A stretch of 64,000 bases of DNA from an uncultured Pseudomonadota bacterium (GTDB lineage: Bacteria > Pseudomonadota > Gammaproteobacteria > Burkholderiales > SG8-39). Shown piece by piece: positions 25,147-34,614 of this stretch (its first letter is position 1; each line of letters opens with the position of its first letter). The notes under the pieces were generated by a model that saw nothing but the letters and a program-made list of their open reading frames with translations, was not told where the DNA came from and ran no database searches. The translations under genes and the position numbers were made by a program. The stretch spans positions 9,829 to 73,828 of the forward strand of contig CAIXPL010000028.1 of the NCBI GenBank assembly GCA_903921325.1, written 5' to 3'.

Positions 25147-26841
25147 CTACTTTCCAGAAATCCCATTGCGCTCGGTACCCAGCGCCTTGACCAGAGCCAC
25201 CAAGGCAACCTGTCGGCGTGCCAGGTTGTCGCTCAACTCACGCCGCGCTGCGACCCGGTTTGATCGTGCCTCAAGCACAGGTAACTGAGCCGTCAGTCCT
25301 TGTTCGAAGCGGCCACGTGCGAGCAGCAACTCGGCATCAAGGGTTTTGAGGCGCTCAGTCAATGACACCTGAACCGCCACTTCCGCCTGATACGTCGATA
25401 TTGCATCGTCGACTTCGTGCCATGCCTTCAACACTGCCTGCTGCCATGCCACCAGAGCTTCCTGCTGCTCAAGCCTGCGCAGTTCGACAGTCGCCCGGCG
25501 GCGGCCATGATCAAATACCGGAACATTGAACGCGGGACCGATCGACCATTGGCGACTGGTCCATTGAGTCAGGCCAGCACTGGTAAGCGACTCCACACCG
25601 AAGCGCGCCCCCAGGATAATTGAAGGATAGAGTTCCGCGACCGACACACCGATTGCTGCGGTGGCTGCGTGGGCCCGTGCCTCCGCGGCAACGATGTCCG
25701 GACGCTGGCGGATGAGATCGCCCGGCAGCCCCAGCAGCAAATCAGGCAGCGGTGCCGCAATCCAATTCCATGACCCGTCGGGTTGACCTTGAGACGAACC
25801 ACGAAGCGCAGCTGCTGGTTCAACGTTCGCTTCGCTTATACGCGCAGATCGATCGGCCAAGCGCTCGTTCAAGTCCCCTGCAGGTAATCCACACAGCAAG
25901 GTAATCTGATTGAGCGCCTGTGCCTGCAGCGCGAGCACGCCCGGTTGTTGTGCCTTTAGCGATTCGATCAACGCCACCTGCTTCAGCGTTGCCGACGCAT
26001 CGCTCAACCCATGGTTCTGGCGCGCGAGCAGCAGGCGTTGTGATTCAGTGGCAAGCACCATTGAGGCTGCCAGCAGGCGCTGCTGTCGCTGCGCCGAGCG
26101 GAGATTGAAATAGGCCCTGGCAAGCTCTCCATCGATGCTCAACTGCATCTGACGCATTTGCGCCTCCGCCGCTTGGGTGCTTGCCTGCGCCACCTCCTCG
26201 CTGCGTGCCAAACGTCCCCACAGGTCAAACTCCCACGACGCATCAAAGCCGGCCTGATACAGACTGAAGGGTTGGCTAAGAGCATCGAGCAAAGGCTGAG
26301 TACCCGGTCCGCCAATTGCATTCACCAGTCGCGAGGCGCTACCGTCGCGACTTTGACGTTCACGATCCGCAGCACCGTTGGCGTCGATCTGAACGCCACG
26401 CTGCGCACTGACCATGGTCTGCTGCATCCGCGACTGTTGCACCCGCAATAGCGCGACCCGCAGATCCTGATTGTTGGAGCGCGCGCGATCGATCAACTCA
26501 TTGAGCACCGGGTCCGCAAAATCCGCCCAGGACAGGGTTGCCACGGCGTTACGGCTGCCCGCCTCTCCGCTACCCACCCGCGCATTGCCCGCCGGAGCCG
26601 CCAGTTCGCTTGCGCCACCGTGACGCTCGTCCCACTGCGTTGGAGATTGCACGGCGGGCGGGGTGAACTCCGGACCAGCCGTGCTACAAGCTGCAAGCCC
26701 GATTGCCGCCCCGATGATCAGCAGGGAAGGACGGCCTCTGCCCGAGCGAGGTGGCACGCCACTCGCGTCGAATTTCCCTCGGACCGGACCCGGGCGATCA
26801 ATAATCGCTTCAGTCAATTCCATATGGTGGTGTTTCCTCAA
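25147..26841 (-). CDS. NodT-family efflux outer-membrane factor lipoprotein
   Basis: Lipobox IGLAAC S, with two OEP-type repeats rich in Q/A/L/R coiled segments; 564 aa. The start lies 4 nt after the stop of the upstream permease gene. Confidence 0.85.
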   Translation of the reverse strand: MRKHHHMELTEAIIDRPGPVRGKFDASGVPPRSGRGRPSLLIIGAAIGLAACSTAGPEFTPPAVQSPTQWDERHGGASELAAPAGNARVGSGEAGSRNAVATLSWADFADPVLNELIDRARSNNQDLRVALLRVQQSRMQQTMVSAQRGVQIDANGAADRERQSRDGSASRLVNAIGGPGTQPLLDALSQPFSLYQAGFDASWEFDLWGRLARSEEVAQASTQAAEAQMRQMQLSIDGELARAYFNLRSAQRQQRLLAASMVLATESQRLLLARQNHGLSDASATLKQVALIESLKAQQPGVLALQAQALNQITLLCGLPAGDLNERLADRSARISEANVEPAAALRGSSQGQPDGSWNWIAAPLPDLLLGLPGDLIRQRPDIVAAEARAHAATAAIGVSVAELYPSIILGARFGVESLTSAGLTQWTSRQWSIGPAFNVPVFDHGRRRATVELRRLEQQEALVAWQQAVLKAWHEVDDAISTYQAEVAVQVSLTERLKTLDAELLLARGRFEQGLTAQLPVLEARSNRVAARRELSDNLARRQVALVALVKALGTERNGISGK

Positions 26842-26845
26842 CGGT

Positions 26846-28039
26846 TCAGGCCAAGCGATGCCTGAACAGCCAGGCCGCCATGGGCAAGGTCAGTAAGGCA
26901 ATCACAAGCAAGGGCAGCAGATCACCTGCGATATCGCCAAAGCCGGCGCCTTCGAGGTACACCCGGCGCGCCACATCGATGCCATAGCGCAGCGGATTGA
27001 TGAGGGTGGCGGTCTGCAGAATCTCCGGCATGCTGCTAATGGGTGTGGACAGACCCGATAGCAGCATCATCGGCATCAGCAGCACAAACGTGTAGAGCAT
27101 GGCCTGCTGCATTGTTGCCGCCAGGGCGCTCACCACCAGACCGATGCCGACCCCGGCGAGCACAAACGCCGTAAGGCCGGCATAGAGCACTGGCAGCGTT
27201 CCAGCAAACGGGATTTGAAACCAGTAGACCGTAATCAGAAAGACCAGCGTGGACTGGATCAACCCGATCATGACCGGTGGCAGCGATTTGCCAAGCATGA
27301 TCTGAACAGGCGAGAGCGGAGTGACCAGGAGTTGATCAAATGTGCCTTGCTCACGTTCGCGCGCCACTGACAATGCAGTTAGCAAAAGCGTCTGTAACAT
27401 GCTGAGCGAGGCGATCAGCGCGGGCATGAAATTCCACCGGGTCTCGCGATTCGGATTGAACCAGGCTCGCGTCTCCAGCGAGAGAGCCGGCTGCCGCGCA
27501 CCCTGCGATCGGGCGAGCTCCTGATTGAAATCACCCACCACGGCGGCCAAATGTGCGAGGGCGGTACTGGCGGTGGTGGAGTTGCGTGCATCCAGAATGA
27601 CTTGCAGCGGCACGCTCTCACCCGCGGCGAGCCCTTGCTCAAACCGGCGCGGAACGGTGATCACCATCAGTGCACGCTGACTGTCGATCACGGGAGCAAT
27701 ATCTGATTCGGCCTCCACGTCTGTCACGCGGCGGAAAAATCCAGTGCCATCCAGATGGGCCAGCAACCGTACCGACAGCGCGCTGTGGCTTTGATCCATA
27801 ACGGCATAGGGCACGTGGGACAAATCATAGGTTGCCGCGTAACCGAACAGCAGGCTTTGCATCAACACCGGCAGGAACAAAATGGTGCGACTTGACCGAT
27901 CCGCAAGAATGGCAAGCGCCTCTTTTCGGATCAACGCAGCGAGGCGCACGAAAAACAGGCGCGCGCCTTCCAGGTGATCGATCAACGCGGAAGACCGACC
28001 TCGCGGTTCATCCGGCAGGGGGAACTCGCGCGGGTTCAT
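26846..28039 (-). CDS. ABC-2-type exporter permease (YbhR/YbhS-like)
   Basis: ORF trimmed to MNPREF (ATG 28039, 2 nt after the upstream stop). It has one N-terminal TM, a large periplasmic loop and then a C-terminal ABC-2 membrane domain. Confidence 0.8.
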   Translation of the reverse strand: MNPREFPLPDEPRGRSSALIDHLEGARLFFVRLAALIRKEALAILADRSSRTILFLPVLMQSLLFGYAATYDLSHVPYAVMDQSHSALSVRLLAHLDGTGFFRRVTDVEAESDIAPVIDSQRALMVITVPRRFEQGLAAGESVPLQVILDARNSTTASTALAHLAAVVGDFNQELARSQGARQPALSLETRAWFNPNRETRWNFMPALIASLSMLQTLLLTALSVAREREQGTFDQLLVTPLSPVQIMLGKSLPPVMIGLIQSTLVFLITVYWFQIPFAGTLPVLYAGLTAFVLAGVGIGLVVSALAATMQQAMLYTFVLLMPMMLLSGLSTPISSMPEILQTATLINPLRYGIDVARRVYLEGAGFGDIAGDLLPLLVIALLTLPMAAWLFRHRLA

Positions 28040-28041
28040 TG

Positions 28042-29202
28042 TCACGCCAGCCGCTTGCGGGTGGCCAACCGGGCCAGGCCGATGAACAGGACCGCGTACC
28101 CGATAAGAATCGCGCAATCGGTCAGCACAATCGACTTGATCGTACCGGCCAGCATCAGCGTCTTGATCAATTCGAGGAAATGGGTGGCAGGCAGCAGTTC
28201 ACCAATGAAGCGGACAACCACCGGTACATTATTCAGATCGAACAGGAAGCCCGAGAGCATCAACGCAGGCATGAAACTGGTCAGCAGGGCGGTCTGGCTG
28301 GCGATGAACTGATTCTTGGTGAGCGCGGATATCCATAGGCCCATGCCAAGCGAAGCAAGCAAGTAGAGCACCGAGGCGAATAGCAGCAGCGCAGCAGAAC
28401 CCAGCATCGGCACGTGGAACAGCAGCCGGGCCGCGGCAATCGTCATTGCAAATCCGATCATGCCGACCACAAAATAGGGAATGGTCTTGGCAAGCAGAAT
28501 TTCGGTCGGTCGCACCGGCGTCACAAACAAGGCCTCCAGCGTGCCGCGCTCCCATTCACGGGCAACCACCATTGAGGTGAGGAACGTTCCAACCAGAGTC
28601 ATGATGAGGACGATCAGCCCCGGTACGAGATACCAGGTGCTGGTGTTGGCCTCATTGAACCAAAGCCGCTCTTCAAGCCGTACCGTACCGCTTGGCAGCG
28701 CAGTGGAGGTGGCTGCTCGCAAGGTCGGCTTGTTGATCGGTCCGGACCCTCGGGCCAAGGCGCTTTGCACATAGCCCTCGATGATGCGTGCCGTGGTGGC
28801 ATCGGACCCGTTTACGATCAGTTGCAAGCGGCCTTGCCCACTCGCCAGACTGCCTGAGAAATCACCGGGCACCCGCAAAACCGCCTGCACCGCATGCGCT
28901 TCCATCAGTGTCTCGGCGGCACGCATGGAATATACGTCTTGCTGGGTAAAGTAGCGCGACAAACGCAGTCCTGCGATGGTGTCACGTGCACCCGGCGAGG
29001 CATCTTCGATAACGACTGCGATACTGACGTGATTTACATCGAGCGAAATGCCATAACCGAACAGCAGGATGAGCAAGGCCGGCAGCGCGAGTCCGATGGC
29101 CAGATTACTTCGATCGCGCAGCAGTTGGCGGGTTTCCTTGCGGGTGAGCGCCAACAGCCGTTGGCAGAATCCACGCACGGCGCCAGAGGCCTGATCGCTC
29201 AT
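28042..29202 (-). CDS. ABC-2-type exporter permease (YbhS/YbhR-like)
   Basis: Same architecture as its paralogous neighbour. The start overlaps the ATPase stop (29199-29202). Confidence 0.85.
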   Translation of the reverse strand: MSDQASGAVRGFCQRLLALTRKETRQLLRDRSNLAIGLALPALLILLFGYGISLDVNHVSIAVVIEDASPGARDTIAGLRLSRYFTQQDVYSMRAAETLMEAHAVQAVLRVPGDFSGSLASGQGRLQLIVNGSDATTARIIEGYVQSALARGSGPINKPTLRAATSTALPSGTVRLEERLWFNEANTSTWYLVPGLIVLIMTLVGTFLTSMVVAREWERGTLEALFVTPVRPTEILLAKTIPYFVVGMIGFAMTIAAARLLFHVPMLGSAALLLFASVLYLLASLGMGLWISALTKNQFIASQTALLTSFMPALMLSGFLFDLNNVPVVVRFIGELLPATHFLELIKTLMLAGTIKSIVLTDCAILIGYAVLFIGLARLATRKRLA

Positions 29203-31154
29203 GCCGCGCGCCCTCCGCGCGCCTGCTCGACAATATGGATGAACGCACCGTCCATGTCGCCCTGCCCGCCCAGACTGCGCACTTCCTGGGGCGTGCCAAG
29301 AGCGAGCACCTCGCCTGCGTCCTGAATCAGGATACGGTCGCAGTATTCGGCTTCTTCCATGAAATGAGTGGTAATGACCACGGTGGTGCCGGCTTGCGCG
29401 AGCGCCGTGATACGCCGCCAGAATTCACGGCGCGCCAGCGGATCAGCGCCGCTGGTCGGTTCGTCAAGAAAAAGGATCTGCGGCTCATGCAGCAAGGCCG
29501 CAGCCATCGCCAGACGCTGCCGGTAGCCCCCGGCAAGCAGACCGCTCGGACCGCTCACCACGGCGGCAAGACCGAATTGCTCCACCACGGTATCGATGCG
29601 CTCACGCGATTGCTCGCCCGACAGGCCATAGGCGCCCGCAAAAAACCGTAGATTTTCGCGCACACTGAGATTGCCATAGAGGGCAAATTTCTGCGCCACG
29701 TAGCCGATGCGAGCACGCGCTTCGGCACGCGCATGGCGCAGATCGACTCCGGCGACGCGCAATGAACCGCTGGTAGCCGGCAGTAATCCGCACAACATCC
29801 TGAACGTGGTGGTCTTGCCGGCCCCGTTCGGACCCAGCAGCCCGAACACTTCGCCTCGTCGGACGCTGAACGTTGTATTGGCAACCGCCACGAAATCGCC
29901 AAAACGACGCACCAGATCGTGCACTTCAATGACCGGTGCCTCCTCTGAGCGAGCGTTCATCGGATCAGCTCTCGCAGTGTTCAGATCACCGGATGGACCA
30001 TGCGACAGTTCGTGGCTGTGAGGCTCGCGTGACCCACGTAGCGCAGCGGCCTGCGGTGGATTGCCCCGATCCCGGGAAAGCGCCGGCAGATGCGACGCTT
30101 GCGACACACCCTCATCCCTATCGATGAGCAGCATGAATGCATCTTCCAATCGTGGCGCGCGCTCATGCACGGTGAGTCCGCCAAGAGGCAATCGATTGGA
30201 CGTGCCGCCCGCCGCATTCGCTGCGCCAGCCCCGCTCGCCGCGTTCGACTCGTCGGCCTCCTTCGATCTGCCATGCTCGCGGCCAGACTCTGCCGCAGCC
30301 ACCGCGCCCTCTGCGCGCGTCATAAACCAGACTTCACCGGACTGCGGCACCGCATCGAGCACCAGGTCATGGGCATCGAGCAGACGCGTCTGCAGCTGGC
30401 GCGCCGGCACCCCCGGCGGCGGTGTCACCCGATAACACCGACCGGCCGCCTGCGCCCGCAAACTGACCGGTGGCCCGTTCGCCAAGATCCGCCCCGCGCG
30501 CAATAACACCACCTCCGCGCAACGCTCAGCCTCATCCAGATAGGCCGTGCTCACAATCACGCTCAAGTGCTCTTCCTCGACCAACTGAGCGATGATCTGC
30601 CACAGTTCCCGTCGCGAAAGAGGGTCGACGCCAACCGTAGGTTCATCGAGCAATAGCAGTTCGGGCGATCGGACAAGCGTGCAGGCGAGTCCCAGTTTTT
30701 GCTTCATACCGCCTGACAATTGCCCTGCCAGGCGTGTTGTGAACTTGTTTAAATCGGTCATCTCGAGCAACCGGGCATACCGCGGTACGCGCACCTCGCG
30801 TGCGATGCCATGGAGATCGGCATACAGGTCGAGGTTTTCCTGAACGCTCAGATCTTCATACAGACCAAACCGCTGTGGCATGTAACTGATGCGGTCCTGC
30901 ACCGACTGCGGTTCGCGAACCACATCAATGCCGAGAACTTCAATCGATCCGGCATCCGGTTGCAGCAGGCCAGCAGCCAATCGCAGCAGAGTCGTCTTGC
31001 CCGCGCCGTCAGGTCCGACCAGAGCCGTCAATGATCCACGCGCAATCTGCAGGTTGATATCAACTAGTGCGATGACGCGATGACGCGCCTCAGCAAGCCA
31101 GAAGGTGCGCCGCACGCGTTCACAGCGTAGTACCGCAGGCGCGGGCGAACTCAT
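29199..31154 (-). CDS. Fused double-NBD ABC transporter ATPase (YbhF-like) with long inter-domain linker
   Basis: Two cassettes: GPDGAGKTT / LSGGMKQKL / LLLLDEPT and GPNGAGKTT / LAGGYRQRL / ILFLDEPT. They are separated by ~110 aa of low-complexity sequence. Confidence 0.9.
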   Translation of the reverse strand: MSSPAPAVLRCERVRRTFWLAEARHRVIALVDINLQIARGSLTALVGPDGAGKTTLLRLAAGLLQPDAGSIEVLGIDVVREPQSVQDRISYMPQRFGLYEDLSVQENLDLYADLHGIAREVRVPRYARLLEMTDLNKFTTRLAGQLSGGMKQKLGLACTLVRSPELLLLDEPTVGVDPLSRRELWQIIAQLVEEEHLSVIVSTAYLDEAERCAEVVLLRAGRILANGPPVSLRAQAAGRCYRVTPPPGVPARQLQTRLLDAHDLVLDAVPQSGEVWFMTRAEGAVAAAESGREHGRSKEADESNAASGAGAANAAGGTSNRLPLGGLTVHERAPRLEDAFMLLIDRDEGVSQASHLPALSRDRGNPPQAAALRGSREPHSHELSHGPSGDLNTARADPMNARSEEAPVIEVHDLVRRFGDFVAVANTTFSVRRGEVFGLLGPNGAGKTTTFRMLCGLLPATSGSLRVAGVDLRHARAEARARIGYVAQKFALYGNLSVRENLRFFAGAYGLSGEQSRERIDTVVEQFGLAAVVSGPSGLLAGGYRQRLAMAAALLHEPQILFLDEPTSGADPLARREFWRRITALAQAGTTVVITTHFMEEAEYCDRILIQDAGEVLALGTPQEVRSLGGQGDMDGAFIHIVEQARGGRAA

Positions 31155-32182
31155 TGACCCTGTCCCGCGCCCCCGGCGAGTGGATCGAGTCGCAATTGCA
31201 CCGTCGCCGGCATACCCAAGCGCATTCGATTGTCCGGGTCTTCAATCAGGAATCGCACTTCGTAGACCAGACTGGTGCGCAGTTCCGGCGTCTGTACGGT
31301 CTTGGGGGTGAACTCGGCCACTGAGCCGATATAACCCACAGTCGCCTTGATCGGCTGCTGCGGCGCGCTGTCGCTATGCACCTGGGCCGTCGTGCCCAGA
31401 TGGATGCGGCCGAGAACCCCTTCGGGCACATACGCGCGCACCCACTTGGGCTCAGTGCTCGCCAACGTGAACACCGGCCGCTGCGCAGAGGCCATGTCAC
31501 CGACCTCCAGCAAGCGCGCGCGCACTTCGGCATCGACCGGTGCGCGCAATTCCGATTCGGCAAGCTGGCGCTCAATCAGGGCACGTTCAGACTGCAGCGC
31601 CGCCAATTGCTTTTGCGCCTGTGCAATATCCTCCGCACGGGGACCGGCAATCACCAGTTGGGCGAGGTTACGCAGGCTCGCGGCCTGTGCCTCAGTAACC
31701 TGGGCGTGTGCGCGGGCCGTGTCCAGATCCTGTACGCTGACCGCGCCTCCCGCGGTGGCTACGCTTGCTGCATTGAGTCGTTCAAGCTGCCGCATCGCCA
31801 GCTCGCGCTCGGCATCGGCGGCGGCCAGATTGGCCCGCGCCTGGGCAATTTCTTCAGGGCGGCTGCCATTGCGCAGGCGCAGGACAACCTGCTCCTGTGC
31901 CCCGATCTGCGCCGCAGTCTGCGCAAGGTGCAGACGCAGAACGCGCTGATCAAGCTCGCCAAGCAGATCGCCTTTGCGTACCCGATCACCCTCGATCGCA
32001 TGCAACGCCACGATCCGCTCAGTGGCATTGAACGCGAGTGATACCTGACGAATGTCGACATTGCCGTAGAGCGTGAGCCGATCAGGATCAACGCTCGACG
32101 AATTCGACTGCCAATACCAAAGCGCTGTTGCGACCAGGACTGCGAACACCAATAGAGCTGATAGGGCTATCGGTTTTTTCAT
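31151..32182 (-). CDS. HlyD/YbhG-family periplasmic adaptor
   Basis: N-terminal TM MKKPIALSALLVFAVLVATALWYW, lipoyl/barrel-sandwich flanks and a long alpha-hairpin (AQ-rich). The stop overlaps the ATPase start. Confidence 0.85.
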   Translation of the reverse strand: MKKPIALSALLVFAVLVATALWYWQSNSSSVDPDRLTLYGNVDIRQVSLAFNATERIVALHAIEGDRVRKGDLLGELDQRVLRLHLAQTAAQIGAQEQVVLRLRNGSRPEEIAQARANLAAADAERELAMRQLERLNAASVATAGGAVSVQDLDTARAHAQVTEAQAASLRNLAQLVIAGPRAEDIAQAQKQLAALQSERALIERQLAESELRAPVDAEVRARLLEVGDMASAQRPVFTLASTEPKWVRAYVPEGVLGRIHLGTTAQVHSDSAPQQPIKATVGYIGSVAEFTPKTVQTPELRTSLVYEVRFLIEDPDNRMRLGMPATVQLRLDPLAGGAGQGQ

Positions 32183-32225
32183 GCACTGTTTGGCCTTGCA
32201 CGGAATCCGGTAGCCCTATCTTAGC

Positions 32226-32609
32226 TTAGTGCACCTTGACTTCGATCCGCCGTGGTTGCGCGTGAGCTGCCTTGGGAATTCGCAGCTTGAGGACGCCCTC
32301 GTTAAACTCTGCACTCACCTTTTCCGGGTCCAGTTCCTTTGACAGGGTGAACACCCGAAGATAGCGCGGCAATGACACTTCTGCGTGCGTGGATTCAAGG
32401 CCCTCTTTATTCGTCAGGCTGATCTCGCCTTCGATGGTGAGGGTATCGGCCTCGACTTTCAGAGAGATTGCATCCTTTTTCACACCTGGCAGGTCGGCAT
32501 ACATCGTGATGCCCGAGGCATCCTCAATCACATCGACCGGCGGCAACAGCGCCCCCTCGGGATGACCGGACCGCGCGTTTGCCTCAGGAATCGTGGTGGT
32601 ATCGCTCAT
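32226..32609 (-). CDS. Hsp20/alpha-crystallin small heat-shock protein
   Basis: VDVIEDASGITMYADLPGVKKDAISLKVEADTLTIEGE ... AEFNEGVLKLRIPKA. Confidence 0.9.
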   Translation of the reverse strand: MSDTTTIPEANARSGHPEGALLPPVDVIEDASGITMYADLPGVKKDAISLKVEADTLTIEGEISLTNKEGLESTHAEVSLPRYLRVFTLSKELDPEKVSAEFNEGVLKLRIPKAAHAQPRRIEVKVH

Positions 32610-32621
32610 GATGGTGATCCT

Positions 32622-33062
32622 TTATTGAATGGTGATTCGACGCGGTGTGGCAGGTGCGCGCCGCTGAATGCTCACATGCAGTACTCCGTCGCGATAACGT
32701 GCCTCAACGGCATTCGGATCGACGTCATCGGGCAGTGTCACGACACGGCGAAAGCGACCCGTGAAGCGCTGGTCCAGATGCACCGTGGTTCCGGCATCCG
32801 GCTTGGGCAGAATGGAGGGGCGTTCGCCTGCCACCGTGAGCACACCCTTCTCAAGGTTCACCTCGATCTTGGTCGGATCAATGCCGGGGGCGAACAAATC
32901 CAGCTCGACCGACTGCGGCGTCGTGCCGACGTTCATTGCCGGGAAGCCCCCGCGAACCAGACCCCGTATGCTCGGTGCCCATTCAAGGGACTGGGCCAAT
33001 TCGCGCTGCAGGCGATCGAAATCGGCGTGCAGATCACGCGGAAAGTACGTTCGATAGAACAT
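32622..33062 (-). CDS. Hsp20/alpha-crystallin small heat-shock protein
   Basis: ORF 32622..33230 trimmed to MFYRTYFPRD (ATG 33062, AGGAG 6 nt upstream). Motifs are VELDLFAPGIDPTKIEVNLEKGVLTVAGER ... ARYRDGVLHVSIQRR. Confidence 0.85.
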   Translation of the reverse strand: MFYRTYFPRDLHADFDRLQRELAQSLEWAPSIRGLVRGGFPAMNVGTTPQSVELDLFAPGIDPTKIEVNLEKGVLTVAGERPSILPKPDAGTTVHLDQRFTGRFRRVVTLPDDVDPNAVEARYRDGVLHVSIQRRAPATPRRITIQ

Positions 33063-33114
33063 GCTGAACTCCTGATCGTTGATGAAGCGGCACACCGTTG
33101 TGCCGATGGTTGTC

Positions 33115-33143
33115 AAATGGGCGCACGGGTCGTTGACTTCAAG
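33115..33143 (-). promoter_or_regulatory. Sigma32-type heat-shock promoter candidate for the hsp20 operon
   Basis: The minus strand reads CTTGAAG-N14/15-GCCCATTT, against the consensus CTTGAAA-N13-15-CCCCATNT. It lies about 50-80 nt upstream of ATG 33062. Confidence 0.5.
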
Positions 33144-33145
33144 AC

Positions 33146-33173
33146 CTTGCAATCCAGCATCTCGACCCCATGT
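33146..33173 (+). promoter_or_regulatory. Sigma32-type heat-shock promoter candidate for cbpA-cbpM
   Basis: The plus strand reads CTTGCAA-N13-CCCCATGT. It is back-to-back with the hsp20 promoter (the -35 boxes are 3 nt apart) and its -10 box ends 55 nt upstream of ATG 33229. Confidence 0.55.
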
Positions 33174-33228
33174 TTGCTGTGGATCAACCGGGCGCGCTAT
33201 GCCCGGCCCTAGACTGGCTCGCGCTGCC

Positions 33229-34191
33229 ATGGACTATCAGGACTATTACGAAATACTGGGCGTTCCGCACGATGCGGACGCGGACGCTATTCGGGTTGCG
33301 TTCCGGCGCCTTGCGCGCAAATTTCATCCGGATGTTTCCAAGGAGCCGGATGCCGAAGCACGCATGAAAAAGATCAATGAAGCCCATGCGGTGCTGTCTG
33401 ATGCCGAGCGCCGCGCTGCTTACGATCAGATCGGGTCCGGCGCTCGCGCAGGCGAACCATTTACGCCGCCGCCTGGCTGGGGTGCTGATTATGAATTCTC
33501 AGGCGATGGCACGAGCGCGCAGGACGCCGAGGGGTTCAGTGACTTTTTCTCCGAACTGTTCGGCCGCATGGGGAGCGCAGAGGGAGGTCGCGGTGGCGGG
33601 GCTCGTGGCACGCGACGAGCATCGTCCGCATCGCGCAACCACCATGCCCGCGTTTTGCTCGATCTGGAGGACAGCTTCGGTGGTGCGCAGCGCCAGATCA
33701 CCTTGCGCATGCCTGAATACGACAGCGCCGGGCATGTGATTTACCGCGAGCGCACGCTCAACGTGCGCATACCGCGTGGCGTGCGCCCCGGGCAGGTGAT
33801 TCGACTGGCGGGACAGGGTGCACCCTCAGCCGATGGCCAGCCGGCGGGCGATCTGCTGCTCGAGGTCGAATTCAAACCTCATGCAGAGCTCGTCGTCGAA
33901 GGCCCCGATCTGCATTTGACGCTGCCGGTGACGCCGTGGGAGCTCGCGCTGGGCGCCCAGGTGGAGGTCGAGCTGCCTCAAGGCAAGATCTCGGTGCGCA
34001 TCCCCGCCGGCGGGCAGAGCGGCAGCCAGTTGCGAGTGCGCGGCAAGGGATTGCCCTGTTCACCGCCCGGTGACCTGCTCATCGCATTGAAGGTCGTCGT
34101 TCCGCCGGCCGACAGTCCGCGCGCCCGCGAGTTGTACCAGGCGATGGCGAGCGAAATTGCCTTCGATCCGCGACCACTGAAGGCGCACTGA
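33229..34191 (+). CDS. cbpA: Curved-DNA-binding DnaJ-like co-chaperone CbpA
   Basis: ORF 33079..34191 trimmed to MDYQDYYEILGV. The J-domain RRLARKFHPDVSKEPDAEARMKKINEAHAVLSD is nearly identical in pattern to E. coli CbpA. There is no Zn-finger region. The C-terminal DnaJ_C beta domains are present. Confidence 0.9.
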   Translation: MDYQDYYEILGVPHDADADAIRVAFRRLARKFHPDVSKEPDAEARMKKINEAHAVLSDAERRAAYDQIGSGARAGEPFTPPPGWGADYEFSGDGTSAQDAEGFSDFFSELFGRMGSAEGGRGGGARGTRRASSASRNHHARVLLDLEDSFGGAQRQITLRMPEYDSAGHVIYRERTLNVRIPRGVRPGQVIRLAGQGAPSADGQPAGDLLLEVEFKPHAELVVEGPDLHLTLPVTPWELALGAQVEVELPQGKISVRIPAGGQSGSQLRVRGKGLPCSPPGDLLIALKVVVPPADSPRARELYQAMASEIAFDPRPLKAH

Positions 34192-34193
34192 TC

Positions 34194-34496
34194 GTGTCCA
34201 GCCCTGCAAATTATTTTGCGGCCACGTTGCTCGAGGCCACGTTCCTGGAAGAGTTCTGGGGCACGCTGGAACAGGCGGCAGCGGCCTGTCGAGTCGAGCC
34301 GGCCTGGCTTGTGCAGCGCGTCGAAGCAGGCCTGTTCCCCCACGCCGAATGCGCTGGTGGGCTATGGCGGGTGTCATCCATCGCGATCAACCGTGCCGCT
34401 CGAATGAGGTCAATCGAAATTACGTTCGATGCGGCACCCGAATTGGCCGCATTGGTTGCCGATTTGCTTGAAGAGCGCGATCGCAGCAGAGTCTGA
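34194..34496 (+). CDS. cbpM: Chaperone-modulator protein CbpM (MerR-like fold)
   Basis: The GTG start lies 2 nt after the cbpA stop. 100 aa with FWGTLEQAAAACRVEPAWLVQRVEAGLF.. in the typical position and size. Confidence 0.75.
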   Translation: MSSPANYFAATLLEATFLEEFWGTLEQAAAACRVEPAWLVQRVEAGLFPHAECAGGLWRVSSIAINRAARMRSIEITFDAAPELAALVADLLEERDRSRV

Positions 34497-34614
34497 CTCA
34501 GGTACGTATTGCCGCCACAACCTGAGCAGGCGCTCGCGCGCATTCAGCCGAGGTCCTGTAGCCCGGATCATCCAGTCACAGGTAGTCAACCCAAGTTCAC
34601 TCAGTCCCGGGCGT

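Noticed and set aside
33089-33104. Hairpin GGCACACCGTTGTGCC plus possible GCUUC/GGAGU pairing as a ROSE-type RNA thermometer upstream of hsp20
   Set aside because: The hairpin does not include the SD. The only SD-masking pairing I can draw is 5 bp with two G-U pairs and lacks the conserved ROSE bulged-G architecture. The evidence is insufficient without folding calculations.
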